The notes: generated by a model not told the origin, from the sequence alone. A stretch of DNA of 36,476 nucleotides from Patescibacteria group bacterium (GCA_038062255.1 JBBTXM010000013.1:1-36476); one strand, 5' to 3'. Numbered from the stretch's first letter, positions 15,158-25,054 are shown. Numbers and translations: made by a program.

Positions 15158-16465
15158 TTAGGACAAAGTTTTTCTGTGCGATTTTCTATAGTGCTTTATC
15201 GCGAATCTATGGGCTTCGGAGTCCAGGTTCAATAACAAATTTCTAAGGGGCGAGGGGATAGCGTTTAACGGCATGGGGTCTTTTTTGTCGGAAATATAGA
15301 TATGGTCGCCAATGTGTTTTTTATTTTTGGTTAAAGCGATGATCTTAACCTCACCCCCTCGTACTGCATTTAACTGCTGTTTCCCGCCGTCGACTAAAAT
15401 AACTTCCGGTAACGGCCATTCTTTATGCGAGAGCCTCCTACTAATTATTTCTTTGAGCATTGCTACGTCGTTTGCCCCGGTAACGGTTTTTATTTTAAAA
15501 ATTCTGTATAAATCTTTTGCCGGAGCGCCGTCGATAAATACCACCATCGAGCCGTAGGCATATTTTCCTTGGATATTGGCTATGTCGTACGCTTCTATTC
15601 TTTTTATATTTTCGATTTTTAAAATTGACTCGAAGTGGCGCAAAGCCTTTTGGGATTCCGCAATATTGTCTTTCGATACTATTTCTTTATGCGCGAAAAC
15701 TTTTTCCAAAGCGCGGATTTGATTGCGGATTTTCCCAGCCTCCTCGTATTTTTGTGCGGACGATAATTTTTTCATTTCTTTTTTGAGGGTTTTCAATAGA
15801 GATTTATTTTTGCCGGTGAGAATTTTTTTTATTGAAGAGATGTTTGATTTGTAAACCTCACCCCCTCGTTCCCCCTCTCCTTCGTAAGGAGAGGGGGAGG
15901 GGGGAGAGGATATCATTCCCTTCTCCTTACGAAGGAGAAGGGTTTGGGATGAGGTTAAGCAACAAAACCCCAAACACTTCCCAATTCTTGCGTTAAGACA
16001 CAGGTTTTTATGCACCCTTTTACATGTGCAATAGGGAAAAGCCCGGCGAAGAAGTTTTAAAACAGATTTTATTGCCCCACCGTCTGTAAATGGGCCTATG
16101 TAATCTGGGCCATTTGGGGTCTGGTGAGTTAGGTATATTCTGGGGTATTCTTCTTTTGTAAATGCGGCGAAAAAATATTGCTTGTCGTCGCGCATTAAAA
16201 CATTGTATTTGGGCGAGTGTTTTTTTATAAGTTCAGATTCTTTGATAAGCGCTTCTGTTTCTGAATTTAAGATTTCCCACGAAACGGCCGAAGCTTCTTT
16301 CAGCAAAGACTTAGTTTTGAGGGAAGCTTGATTTTTTTGGAAATACGAATTTAGGCGGGCTTTTAAATTATTCGCTTTGCCCACGTATAAAATTTTGCCC
16401 TTAGAATTTCTGAAAAAATAGACTCCGGGAGATTGGGGCGCTTTTTGTTGCATTTTTACCGGCAT
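15158..16465 (-). CDS. uvrC: Excinuclease ABC subunit C, short form lacking the C-terminal (HhH)2 domain and carrying an in-frame palindromic insert
   Basis: It has a GIY-YIG domain (GVYFFRNSKGKILYVGKANNLKARLNSYF), a UVR motif (KYEEAGKIRNQIRALE) and an endonuclease domain (RIEAYDIANIQG..LVDGGKQQL). It stops just after RFAIKHYRKSHRK. Confidence 0.9.
   Translation of the reverse strand: MPVKMQQKAPQSPGVYFFRNSKGKILYVGKANNLKARLNSYFQKNQASLKTKSLLKEASAVSWEILNSETEALIKESELIKKHSPKYNVLMRDDKQYFFAAFTKEEYPRIYLTHQTPNGPDYIGPFTDGGAIKSVLKLLRRAFPYCTCKRVHKNLCLNARIGKCLGFCCLTSSQTLLLRKEKGMISSPPSPSPYEGEGERGGEVYKSNISSIKKILTGKNKSLLKTLKKEMKKLSSAQKYEEAGKIRNQIRALEKVFAHKEIVSKDNIAESQKALRHFESILKIENIKRIEAYDIANIQGKYAYGSMVVFIDGAPAKDLYRIFKIKTVTGANDVAMLKEIISRRLSHKEWPLPEVILVDGGKQQLNAVRGGEVKIIALTKNKKHIGDHIYISDKKDPMPLNAIPSPLRNLLLNLDSEAHRFAIKHYRKSHRKTLS
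15854..15955. repeat. GC-rich nested-palindrome element (MITE/RPE-like) inserted in frame in uvrC
   Basis: The terminal inverted repeat is AACCTCACCCC (left) with GGGATGAGGTT (right). Two internal perfect hairpins are present: CCCCCTCTCCTT-CGT-AAGGAGAGGGGG and CCCTTCTCCTT-ACG-AAGGAGAAGGG. The 102 nt equal 34 codons. Confidence 0.8.
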
Positions 16466-16493
16466 AACGCTATTCTAATCGCAGATTTTGATA

Positions 16494-17069
16494 ATGCAAA
16501 GCGAGGTGATATTTGTGGCAAAACACGTGATTTGCGATACACAAAAACGCTTTATTTATATCAGAGGCAAAATTGAAGCAATAACATTTACTTTGGTAAA
16601 AAATTCCGTTGCTAGACTTGTTAAACGCGACTCCAAAAGTCCCATAACTGTTTTTTTGGAAAGCAAAGGCGGAGATTTTTACGCATGTCTATCTATTTTT
16701 GAACTTTTAAAAAATTTTAAAATAGATGTTTTTACTGTTGCTGTAGACTGTGTTAGATCTGGCGCATTTTTTATTACTCAAGCAGGCAAAAATCGGTTTG
16801 CCGTAGATAAAAAAACCACGTTTGAATTTCATATGTCGGTTAAAGATATTCCAAAAGATATGCGCTTTAATGCCATAGAACTGACAGCGTTAGCGATAAC
16901 TCTTCAGTCTATAGATGCCCAACAGCTTTTAATATTTTGCGAGCGGGGAAGGCCGGTATCCCAGATTCAAAATTTATTTTTTAAAAATACCCGAATTTCC
17001 GCGCAAATGGCGAGACAACTTAAACTTATCGACGGCATTTTGCCAAAAAGCAAGATTCCCAAAATTTAA
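16494..17069 (+). CDS. Divergent ClpP-like (S14/ClpP-crotonase fold) protein
   Basis: It aligns by eye to ClpP: ..ITVFLESKGGDFYACLSIFELL.. against ..[20 protein letters not shown]... A Ser (VRSGAF) and a His (EFHMS) sit at the catalytic positions, but the Asp position appears to be substituted. The ATG at 16494 is preferred over the TTG at 16488. Confidence 0.55.
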   Translation: MQSEVIFVAKHVICDTQKRFIYIRGKIEAITFTLVKNSVARLVKRDSKSPITVFLESKGGDFYACLSIFELLKNFKIDVFTVAVDCVRSGAFFITQAGKNRFAVDKKTTFEFHMSVKDIPKDMRFNAIELTALAITLQSIDAQQLLIFCERGRPVSQIQNLFFKNTRISAQMARQLKLIDGILPKSKIPKI

Positions 17070-17101
17070 CCCTTTCAACCACAGTTGAAGGGGTTTGTTT
17101 T
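17070..17101 (+). terminator. Intrinsic terminator
   Basis: The hairpin CCCTTTCAAC-CACA-GTTGAAGGGG is followed by TTTGTTTT. Confidence 0.6.
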
Positions 17102-17175
17102 CAAAATTCGACGTTTATTTGCTATAGCAGTGAAATGTTGAATTTTGTTGGACAAATTTTTTTAAATATGTTATA

Positions 17176-17196
17176 CATTAAATTAGAAATTTAATG
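17176..17196. promoter_or_regulatory. Perfect 9-3-9 palindrome (operator-like) upstream of the zinc-ribbon gene
   Basis: CATTAAATT-AGA-AATTTAATG lies between a TATACA -10-like box and the GGAGG ribosome-binding site. Confidence 0.35.
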
Positions 17197-17212
17197 TAAA
17201 TACGGAGGCAAG

Positions 17213-17557
17213 ATGTACATTTCAATTCTATGCAAATCGTGCAATAAGTGGGCGCAAGGGAGAAGAGACGGATTTTATTGTATCTATTGTGGGCATCGCT
17301 ACTTTTCCGTAAACAATTATTTGGACCAGCTGGACCGGTTGTCCAGCGCGCGCGCTGGTCAATTTCCGCGGACGATGCTTGCTTTATTTTGCCCGTTGAT
17401 CGGATTTTCATTTTTGTTTTCTTGGTTAGGTTTTTCCAACAATGGTTTTTATTTTGCCGATGCTTTTAGGCACTCTCAGCGCATTTATCACTATGCGCAA
17501 ACTAGAAAAGAAAGAAAGATTAGATTTTGCCGATTTGCATTCAAACGCAGAAGTTAG
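17213..17557 (+). CDS. Zinc-ribbon membrane protein, function unknown
   Basis: A GGAGG sits 5 nt upstream of the ATG. The product has CKSC-N13-CIYC, then a hydrophobic segment (MLALFCPLIGFSFLFSWLGF) and a basic tail. Confidence 0.6.
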   Translation: MYISILCKSCNKWAQGRRDGFYCIYCGHRYFSVNNYLDQLDRLSSARAGQFPRTMLALFCPLIGFSFLFSWLGFSNNGFYFADAFRHSQRIYHYAQTRKERKIRFCRFAFKRRS

Positions 17558-17614
17558 TTTGAATTCAAGCCACGATAAAAATCTGAATAAATAGGTCTGA
17601 TGCGAAGTAAAATT

Positions 17615-17650
17615 CCCCCCGACACTGATCGGGGGCTTTTCTTTTTCTTG
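17615..17650 (+). terminator. Intrinsic terminator
   Basis: The hairpin CCCCCGA-CACTGA-TCGGGGG is followed by CTTTTCTTTTTC. Confidence 0.6.
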
Positions 17651-17673
17651 ACAACTCCGTATAATGAATAGTC

Positions 17674-20460
17674 ATGGCACAAGGTGATGAACAAAAGTAC
17701 ATAAAAGTACGGGGCGCTAAAGTGCATAATCTCAAGAATATCAACGTTGATATTCCCAAAAACAAGCTTGTGGTAATTACGGGGCTTTCCGGTTCGGGAA
17801 AGTCGTCTTTGGCTTTTGACACAATTTACGCGGAGGCGGAGAGAAGGTTCGTTGAATCTCTTTCAAGCTACGCCCGCCAATTTTTGGGGGTCAAAGAAAA
17901 GCCCGATGTTGAGTCGATAACCGGCCTTTCGCCTTCAATCGCGATTGACCAAAAAAGCATATCTCGCAACCCTCGTTCGACCGTTGGAACTATTACAGAA
18001 ATCTATGATTACTTAAGAATCCTATTCGCGCGAGCGGGGATTCCTCATTGCCCGAAATGCGGGAAAAAAATCGGCAAGCAAAGCGCGGATGAAATTTTGC
18101 GCCAAATTTTGAGTGTTTTTTCCGGCAAGCAAATTGCGGTTTTAGCTCCTATAGTGCGCGGAAAAAAAGGAGAGCACAAAGGGGTGTTGGAGGAGGTTCA
18201 GCGCGGAGGATTTTTGAGAATAAGAATAGACGGCGATATTTTAAAAATTGAAGACTCTCCGTCTCTAAGCCCAAAAAAGAACCATTCAATAGAAGTTGTC
18301 GTGGATAGGCTTTCTATAGATAAGGAAATAGATAGGCCCCGCTTGAGAGAATCTTTGGAAATCGCTTTAAAAATTGGAAAAGGGCTCGCGGTTATTTCGG
18401 CGGAAGACAAAGATTTTTTATTTTCCGAAAGTCTTGCGTGTCCGGAGTGCGGAATTTCTGTGCCGGCTTTGGAGCCTAGGCTTTTTTCTTTCAACAGCCC
18501 GTTCGGCGCTTGCAAGTATTGCACGGGACTTGGTTCTACGATGGAAGTAGACCCGGGTTTAGTGGTGCCGAACCAAAATCTTACTTTGGCAGAAGGGGCG
18601 ATTCGCCCGTGGGCACCAGCCTCGACTAGATCGAGTCTAGGCGGGCAATCTTGGTATTGGTGGATGCTTTCGGACCTTGCGGAAAAGCATAAATTTTCTT
18701 TGAATTCACCGTTTAAAAGTTTGCCGTTGAATCTAAAAAAATTAATATTGCTGGGCGATTCGGACGCTCCGGAAAAATACGAAGGAGTGGTCCCAAACCT
18801 CAAACGCAGATGGAAAGATACTGAATCTGATTGGACCAGAGAAGAAATAGAAAAATATATGAAAATAGAAACTTGCCCGGAGTGCCAGGGCAAACGGTTG
18901 CGCAAAGAAGCTTTGGGCGTGACTTTTGGCGGAAAAAATATCGCGCAGATTTGCGAATTTACAATATCCGAAGCCGGGAAATTTTTTAAAACATCAACAA
19001 TTCCCAAAGCTTTGGAACCCCTTTTTAAAGAGATTTCGCGCCGGCTGAATTTTTTGTTGGATGTTGGGTTGGTGTATCTTACTCTCGAGAGAAGCTCGCT
19101 TACTCTTTCGGGCGGGGAGGCGCAGAGGGTAAGGCTTGCTACGCAAATAGGTTCGTCTCTCACAGGAGTTATTTATGTGCTCGACGAACCTTCTATCGGG
19201 CTTCATCCGCGAGACCACGAGAGGCTTATAGATACTTTAAAATCCCTTCGAGATTTGGGAAATACAGTATTGGTTGTGGAGCATGACGAAGAAACAATGA
19301 AAGAATCGGATTGGATTTTGGATTTAGGTCCTGGGGCGGGAAAACACGGGGGAGAGGTAACATTTTCTGGCACGCCGAAGGAAATATTAAAAGCTAAAAC
19401 TCTAACGGGAGAATATCTTTCAAGGAAAAAAGAAGTGAAAATTGATAAAGGTCTAGGGGCGATGGACAAGGAAAAAAATATTATTATTTTTGGCGCCAAA
19501 GAACATAATCTTAAAAATGTTGATGTAAAAATTCCACTAGGAAAATTTGTTGTGGTTTCCGGAGTCAGCGGTTCCGGAAAATCATCGCTGGTGGACGATA
19601 TTTTGGCGCGTTCGCTTTTGAAATACTTTTACGGCTCTAAAGAAGAACCCGGAAGACACGAAAAAATCGAAGGATTGGAGCATATAGATAAGGCTGTGCT
19701 GGTGGACCAGTCTCCGATTGGCAGAACACCAAGGAGTAACCCAGCAACGTATACTGGAGTGTTTGGACATGTTCGGGAAATATTCGCGCGCACTGTTGAG
19801 GCGCGTTCTCGGGGATATAAAACCGGACGATTTAGTTTTAATGTGAAAGGCGGAAGATGCGAGGTTTGCGAAGGGCAGGGGACAAAAAAAATAGAAATGT
19901 ATTTTTTGCCCGATATTTATGTTGAGTGCGAAGAGTGCCGGGGCCAGAGGTACAACCGCGAAGCGCTCGAAATTTTGTACGAAAATAAAAATATAGCTGA
20001 TGTTTTGGCGTTGTCCATAGAAGAGGCGCACAAGTTTTTTAAGGATATTCCGCAAATCGAACATATTTTGTGCACAATCGTGGAAGTGGGTTTGGGTTAT
20101 ATGAAACTAGGCCAGCCGGCGACAACTCTTTCAGGCGGAGAGGCGCAAAGGGTAAAACTTGCTTTCGAGCTTTCCAAAAAGGCGACCGGCAATACTTTGT
20201 ATATTTTGGACGAACCCACAACTGGTTTGCATTTCGATGACATTAAAAAGCTTCTAAAAATTTTGCGCGCGCTTGTGGACAACGGCAATAGCGTTGTTGT
20301 AATTGAGCACAATATGGATGTTTTGAAAAATGCGGACTGGATAATCGACATGGGCCCGGAAGGCGGAGAAGGCGGAGGAAAAATTATTGCCGAAGGCTCT
20401 CCCGAAGAAATAGCCAAAAATAAGATTTCATATACCGCCAAATGGCTTGCTAAAACTTAA
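17674..20460 (+). CDS. uvrA: Excinuclease ABC subunit A
   Basis: The 928-aa product has two ABC ATPase modules ([14 protein letters not shown]; [11 protein letters not shown]), LSGGE signatures and zinc-finger Cys clusters. Confidence 0.97.
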   Translation: MAQGDEQKYIKVRGAKVHNLKNINVDIPKNKLVVITGLSGSGKSSLAFDTIYAEAERRFVESLSSYARQFLGVKEKPDVESITGLSPSIAIDQKSISRNPRSTVGTITEIYDYLRILFARAGIPHCPKCGKKIGKQSADEILRQILSVFSGKQIAVLAPIVRGKKGEHKGVLEEVQRGGFLRIRIDGDILKIEDSPSLSPKKNHSIEVVVDRLSIDKEIDRPRLRESLEIALKIGKGLAVISAEDKDFLFSESLACPECGISVPALEPRLFSFNSPFGACKYCTGLGSTMEVDPGLVVPNQNLTLAEGAIRPWAPASTRSSLGGQSWYWWMLSDLAEKHKFSLNSPFKSLPLNLKKLILLGDSDAPEKYEGVVPNLKRRWKDTESDWTREEIEKYMKIETCPECQGKRLRKEALGVTFGGKNIAQICEFTISEAGKFFKTSTIPKALEPLFKEISRRLNFLLDVGLVYLTLERSSLTLSGGEAQRVRLATQIGSSLTGVIYVLDEPSIGLHPRDHERLIDTLKSLRDLGNTVLVVEHDEETMKESDWILDLGPGAGKHGGEVTFSGTPKEILKAKTLTGEYLSRKKEVKIDKGLGAMDKEKNIIIFGAKEHNLKNVDVKIPLGKFVVVSGVSGSGKSSLVDDILARSLLKYFYGSKEEPGRHEKIEGLEHIDKAVLVDQSPIGRTPRSNPATYTGVFGHVREIFARTVEARSRGYKTGRFSFNVKGGRCEVCEGQGTKKIEMYFLPDIYVECEECRGQRYNREALEILYENKNIADVLALSIEEAHKFFKDIPQIEHILCTIVEVGLGYMKLGQPATTLSGGEAQRVKLAFELSKKATGNTLYILDEPTTGLHFDDIKKLLKILRALVDNGNSVVVIEHNMDVLKNADWIIDMGPEGGEGGGKIIAEGSPEEIAKNKISYTAKWLAKT

Positions 20461-20497
20461 TCTCGGTTGTATGTTATCCTTGGAAAAGGAGTGCTTT

Positions 20498-21052
20498 ATG
20501 ATCACGATTTTGGTCTACAGTTTCGCGATTTTTATTACATTAATTTATGGCGCATATATAGAATGGTATGTGCATGGCGAGGATATCATGCACTCAAAAT
20601 CAAAAGTTATTTCTAGATTGAAAAGTTTCCTGAGAGACGACCACTTGCGATCGCATCATGGTGATTTTCCGCCGCACAAATACAAAAATAAGGATCATCC
20701 TGCAGGCAATGTGCATTTGCCTTGGTGGGTAGGAACAATTTTTACCGGCCCAGTAGTATTTGCGACAATACCGTTCTCATGGTATTTTGAACGACCAGGC
20801 TTGCTTCTCTCGACTTCAGTAACAGCAGTATTGCACTTCATCGCTTACAACTATGTTCATTCGTGTTACCACGTACCGAAAGAGAGATGGTTTGAAAGAA
20901 TAAAGTTGTTTATGTGGATGGACGCGTTCCATAGAGAACACCATGTGCGCCATGGACAAGGGAAATCAGTCAACCTGGCTGTTGTTCTGTTTTTGTTTGA
21001 TGTCATAAAAGGTACGGCAGTCTTTCCAAGAAAAGATGCGATGATGACTTGA
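20498..21052 (+). CDS. Small membrane protein of the fatty-acid hydroxylase/desaturase (His-box) superfamily
   Basis: An AAAGGAG sits 6 nt upstream of the ATG at 20498. His boxes are present: HLRSHH, HSCYH and HREHHVRH, within 3-4 TM segments. Confidence 0.6.
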   Translation: MITILVYSFAIFITLIYGAYIEWYVHGEDIMHSKSKVISRLKSFLRDDHLRSHHGDFPPHKYKNKDHPAGNVHLPWWVGTIFTGPVVFATIPFSWYFERPGLLLSTSVTAVLHFIAYNYVHSCYHVPKERWFERIKLFMWMDAFHREHHVRHGQGKSVNLAVVLFLFDVIKGTAVFPRKDAMMT

Positions 21053-21109
21053 CAAGGGTTTGTAGATTTGTTATCCTTAGCAGACATCACAAAACAAGGA
21101 GAAAGCTGA

Positions 21110-21337
21110 TTGAACATGATTCATATTGCAGAGTCTGATATTAAGGATATTCCAGATGGCCGGGTAGTGAGGGTGAGATGCGGCAAAAGGCTGATTTTCC
21201 GCTCCCATAGCGGAAAACCCCAAGGAGGAAGGATTTGCCTGATATGCGATGGCCCCAAAATAACCGGAACACCACCGCATATCCTCGCGGTTTATGAAGA
21301 AGAAAAGCCGTTGGCGCATAGCGCCATGGTGCAATAA
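21110..21337 (+). CDS. Hypothetical 75-aa Cys-containing protein
   Basis: An AAGGAG (21096-21101) sits 8 nt upstream of the TTG at 21110, and a strong terminator follows directly. I recognise no family. The antisense ORF 21077..21334 is the alternative reading. Confidence 0.4.
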   Translation: MNMIHIAESDIKDIPDGRVVRVRCGKRLIFRSHSGKPQGGRICLICDGPKITGTPPHILAVYEEEKPLAHSAMVQ

Positions 21338-21340
21338 AGT

Positions 21341-21378
21341 AATCCCTCTCCGACCACGGTCGGAGGGGGATTTTTGTT
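21341..21378 (+). terminator. Intrinsic terminator
   Basis: A 14-bp stem pairs AATCCCTCTCCGAC (21341-21354) with GTCGGAGGGGGATT (21359-21372) around a 4-nt loop and is followed by TTTTGTT. Confidence 0.7.
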
Positions 21379-21382
21379 ACTC

Positions 21383-21443
21383 TTGACCTATATTTTTGGT
21401 TTTGCTAATATGTGGATTAGCAGTCATAGGTCGCGACTGCCAA
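21383..21443 (+). promoter_or_regulatory. groESL promoter plus CIRCE (HrcA operator) inverted repeat
   Basis: TTGACC (21383-21388), a 17-nt spacer and TAATAT (21406-21411) form the promoter. TTAGCAGTC-N9-GACTGCCAA (21417-21443) compares with the CIRCE consensus TTAGCACTC-N9-GAGTGCTAA. Confidence 0.7.
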
Positions 21444-21468
21444 ATATTTAGAAGTCAGAAATTAAATT

Positions 21469-21771
21469 ATGATAAAAATAAAACCGCTTGCCGATAGGGT
21501 TTTGATTGAGCCGTTGTCGGACGAAGAGCGAGTTAAAAAAACAAAATCAGGAATTATTATTCCGGACACCGCGGAAAAAGAAAAACCGCAGGAAGGAAAA
21601 ATTATCGCGGTGGGGGAGGGTAAAATTTTAGAAAGTGGTCGACTTACGCCATTGAGCGTGAAAAAGGGCGATAAAGTTTTATTTTCCAAATACGGACCTT
21701 CGGAAATAAAAGTCGATGGAAAAGAATATTTAATTGCAAAAGAGGAAGATATACTGGCGATTATCGATTAA
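21469..21771 (+). CDS. groES: Co-chaperonin GroES
   Basis: The product reads [26 protein letters not shown]-type sequence and is 100 aa long. Confidence 0.97.
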   Translation: MIKIKPLADRVLIEPLSDEERVKKTKSGIIIPDTAEKEKPQEGKIIAVGEGKILESGRLTPLSVKKGDKVLFSKYGPSEIKVDGKEYLIAKEEDILAIID

Positions 21772-21836
21772 ATAATTCAAATCAACGAATGATATGCGAA
21801 TGCAACATATTAGTATCATTCGAATAATATTAGTAG

Positions 21837-23498
<1,662 letters not shown>

Positions 23499-23522
23499 TC
23501 CGCAACTGGTACAATAAGACCT

Positions 23523-24086
23523 ATGAACGCTTTATACATAGTACTGGGCATCATAGGGCTTATTATTTTATGGGTAATAATTGCTTATAACTCGTTGATT
23601 CGCCTGCGATTCCGCGTAAAGGAGGCGTGGAGCGATATCGATGTCCAGCTCAAGAGAAGATACGATTTAATTCCAAATGTTGTTGAAACCGTAAAAGGAT
23701 ACGCTTCTCATGAAAAACAGGCTTTTGAAAATGTTACGGAGGCTAGAGCTAAGGCATTGGGTGCGGAAGCAAAAGGAAATCCAAAAGAAATGGCGCAGGC
23801 GGAAAATGCCTTGTCCGGCACTCTTAAAACCCTTTTTGCTATTGCAGAAAATTATCCCGATCTCAAAGCCAATGTTAATTTTTTAGATTTGCAGAGAGAG
23901 CTTTCGGATACCGAAAATAAAATACAAGCTTCACGCAGGTTTTACAATTCAAATGTAATGGAATTCAATACGCGCATTCATCTTTTTCCCACAAGCATAA
24001 TCGCCGGGGCTTTCAAATTTGAAAAAACCGATTTTTTCGAACTTCAGGACGGCAAGGAAAAAGAACCGATTCCGGTTAAGTTTTAA
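23523..24086 (+). CDS. lemA: LemA-family membrane protein
   Basis: It has an N-terminal TM segment followed by YNSLIRLRFRVKEAWSDIDVQLKRRYDLIPN..YPDLKAN..RRFYN. Confidence 0.9.
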   Translation: MNALYIVLGIIGLIILWVIIAYNSLIRLRFRVKEAWSDIDVQLKRRYDLIPNVVETVKGYASHEKQAFENVTEARAKALGAEAKGNPKEMAQAENALSGTLKTLFAIAENYPDLKANVNFLDLQRELSDTENKIQASRRFYNSNVMEFNTRIHLFPTSIIAGAFKFEKTDFFELQDGKEKEPIPVKF

Positions 24087-24959
24087 ATGAACCTATATTC
24101 TCACAAAGATTCTAATATTCGGAAAACTTGGCTGTTGATGACGGTTTTTTTGGGAGTTGTGGTTGGGGTAGGCTGGGTTTTTGCGCAAGTTTATCAAACA
24201 CCGAGCGTCCTATATTTTGCGGTATTTTTCAGCGTTTTGATGAATATAATAAGCTATTGGTTTTCGGACAAAATAGTTTTAAAGATGCACAAAGCAAAGG
24301 AAGTTGATTTAAAATCTCACCCTGAACTTTATAGAATTTTAGAAAATTTGAGCATAACGGCTGGATTGCCGATCCCGAAATTTTATTTGATTGACGACCA
24401 AGCTCCAAACGCTTTTGCAACCGGCAGAAATCCCAATAACGCCGTAGTTGCCGTAACATCCGGCCTGATTAAAATTTTAGACAAATCAGAACTCGAAGGG
24501 GTTCTGGCGCATGAGCTTTCGCACATAGGAAACCGCGATATGCTTGTTTCCACCGTGGCGGTAGTTCTTGTTGGGTTTGTGGCGATTTTGTCGGACATGT
24601 TTTCGCGGTCTTTGATATGGGGGCGCTTGGGCGGAGACAGGGAAGACCGCGGAGGGCATGGAGCTATAATCATAGTCGGAATTTTGCTTTCAATTTTAGC
24701 CCCAATAATAGCGTCGCTTATCCATTTGGCGATTTCCCGAAAGCGCGAATTTTTGGCGGATGCTTCCGGAGCCCTGCTTACCCGGTATCCGGAAGGGCTC
24801 GCAAAAGCTTTAGAAAAAATATCAATGTATTCACGTCCCCTTAAAACAGCGAGCAACGCCACGGCGCATTTATTTTTGGTAAATCCCAAAAGTATTGTAA
24901 GATTATTTTCAACTCATCCGCCGGTTGAGGAGCGTGTTCGCGCGTTGCGCGGTACGTAA
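24087..24959 (+). CDS. htpX: M48-family zinc metalloprotease HtpX
   Basis: It has the HEXXH motif (AHELSHIGNRD), four TM segments and the C-terminal STHPPVEERV. Confidence 0.9.
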   Translation: MNLYSHKDSNIRKTWLLMTVFLGVVVGVGWVFAQVYQTPSVLYFAVFFSVLMNIISYWFSDKIVLKMHKAKEVDLKSHPELYRILENLSITAGLPIPKFYLIDDQAPNAFATGRNPNNAVVAVTSGLIKILDKSELEGVLAHELSHIGNRDMLVSTVAVVLVGFVAILSDMFSRSLIWGRLGGDREDRGGHGAIIIVGILLSILAPIIASLIHLAISRKREFLADASGALLTRYPEGLAKALEKISMYSRPLKTASNATAHLFLVNPKSIVRLFSTHPPVEERVRALRGT

Positions 24960-24964
24960 AATTA

Positions 24965-25054
24965 GGAGGGTTCGCATAGCGGTCTAGTGCGCACGCTTGG
25001 AAAGCGTGTAAGGTGTTACAGCCTTCGAGAGTTCGAATCTCTCACCCTCCACCA
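24965..25054 (+). tRNA. tRNA-Ser (anticodon GGA), class II, with encoded CCA
   Basis: The cloverleaf has acceptor GGAGGGT/ACCCTCC, anticodon stem CACGC/GCGTG with loop TTGGAAA, a long variable arm and T-arm GAGAG-TTCGAAT-CTCTC, followed by ACCA. Confidence 0.9.

Noticed and set aside
18198-19163. A 321-aa ORF antisense to uvrA, together with similar long antisense ORFs at 4452..5237 (rsmH), 21830..22381 (groEL), 28926..29435 and 28245..28649 (kinase), 1921..2430 (lysS), 280..663 (mrdA) and 26231..26575 (SBP).
   Set aside because: Each lies opposite a gene with unmistakable homology-type motifs. All eight sit in the same relative antisense frame: the first base of the antisense start codon is opposite codon position 2 of the sense gene, and the offset mod 3 equals 1 in every case I computed. 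That is the classic shadow-ORF artefact of codon structure. Their products are low-complexity and Ser/Pro/Phe-rich.
20447-20497. The upstream ATG at 20447 as the start of the His-box membrane protein, which would overlap the uvrA 3' end.
   Set aside because: The ATG at 20498 is preceded by AAAGGAG at optimal spacing and begins directly with the first TM helix. The 17 extra codons overlap uvrA and have no ribosome-binding site.
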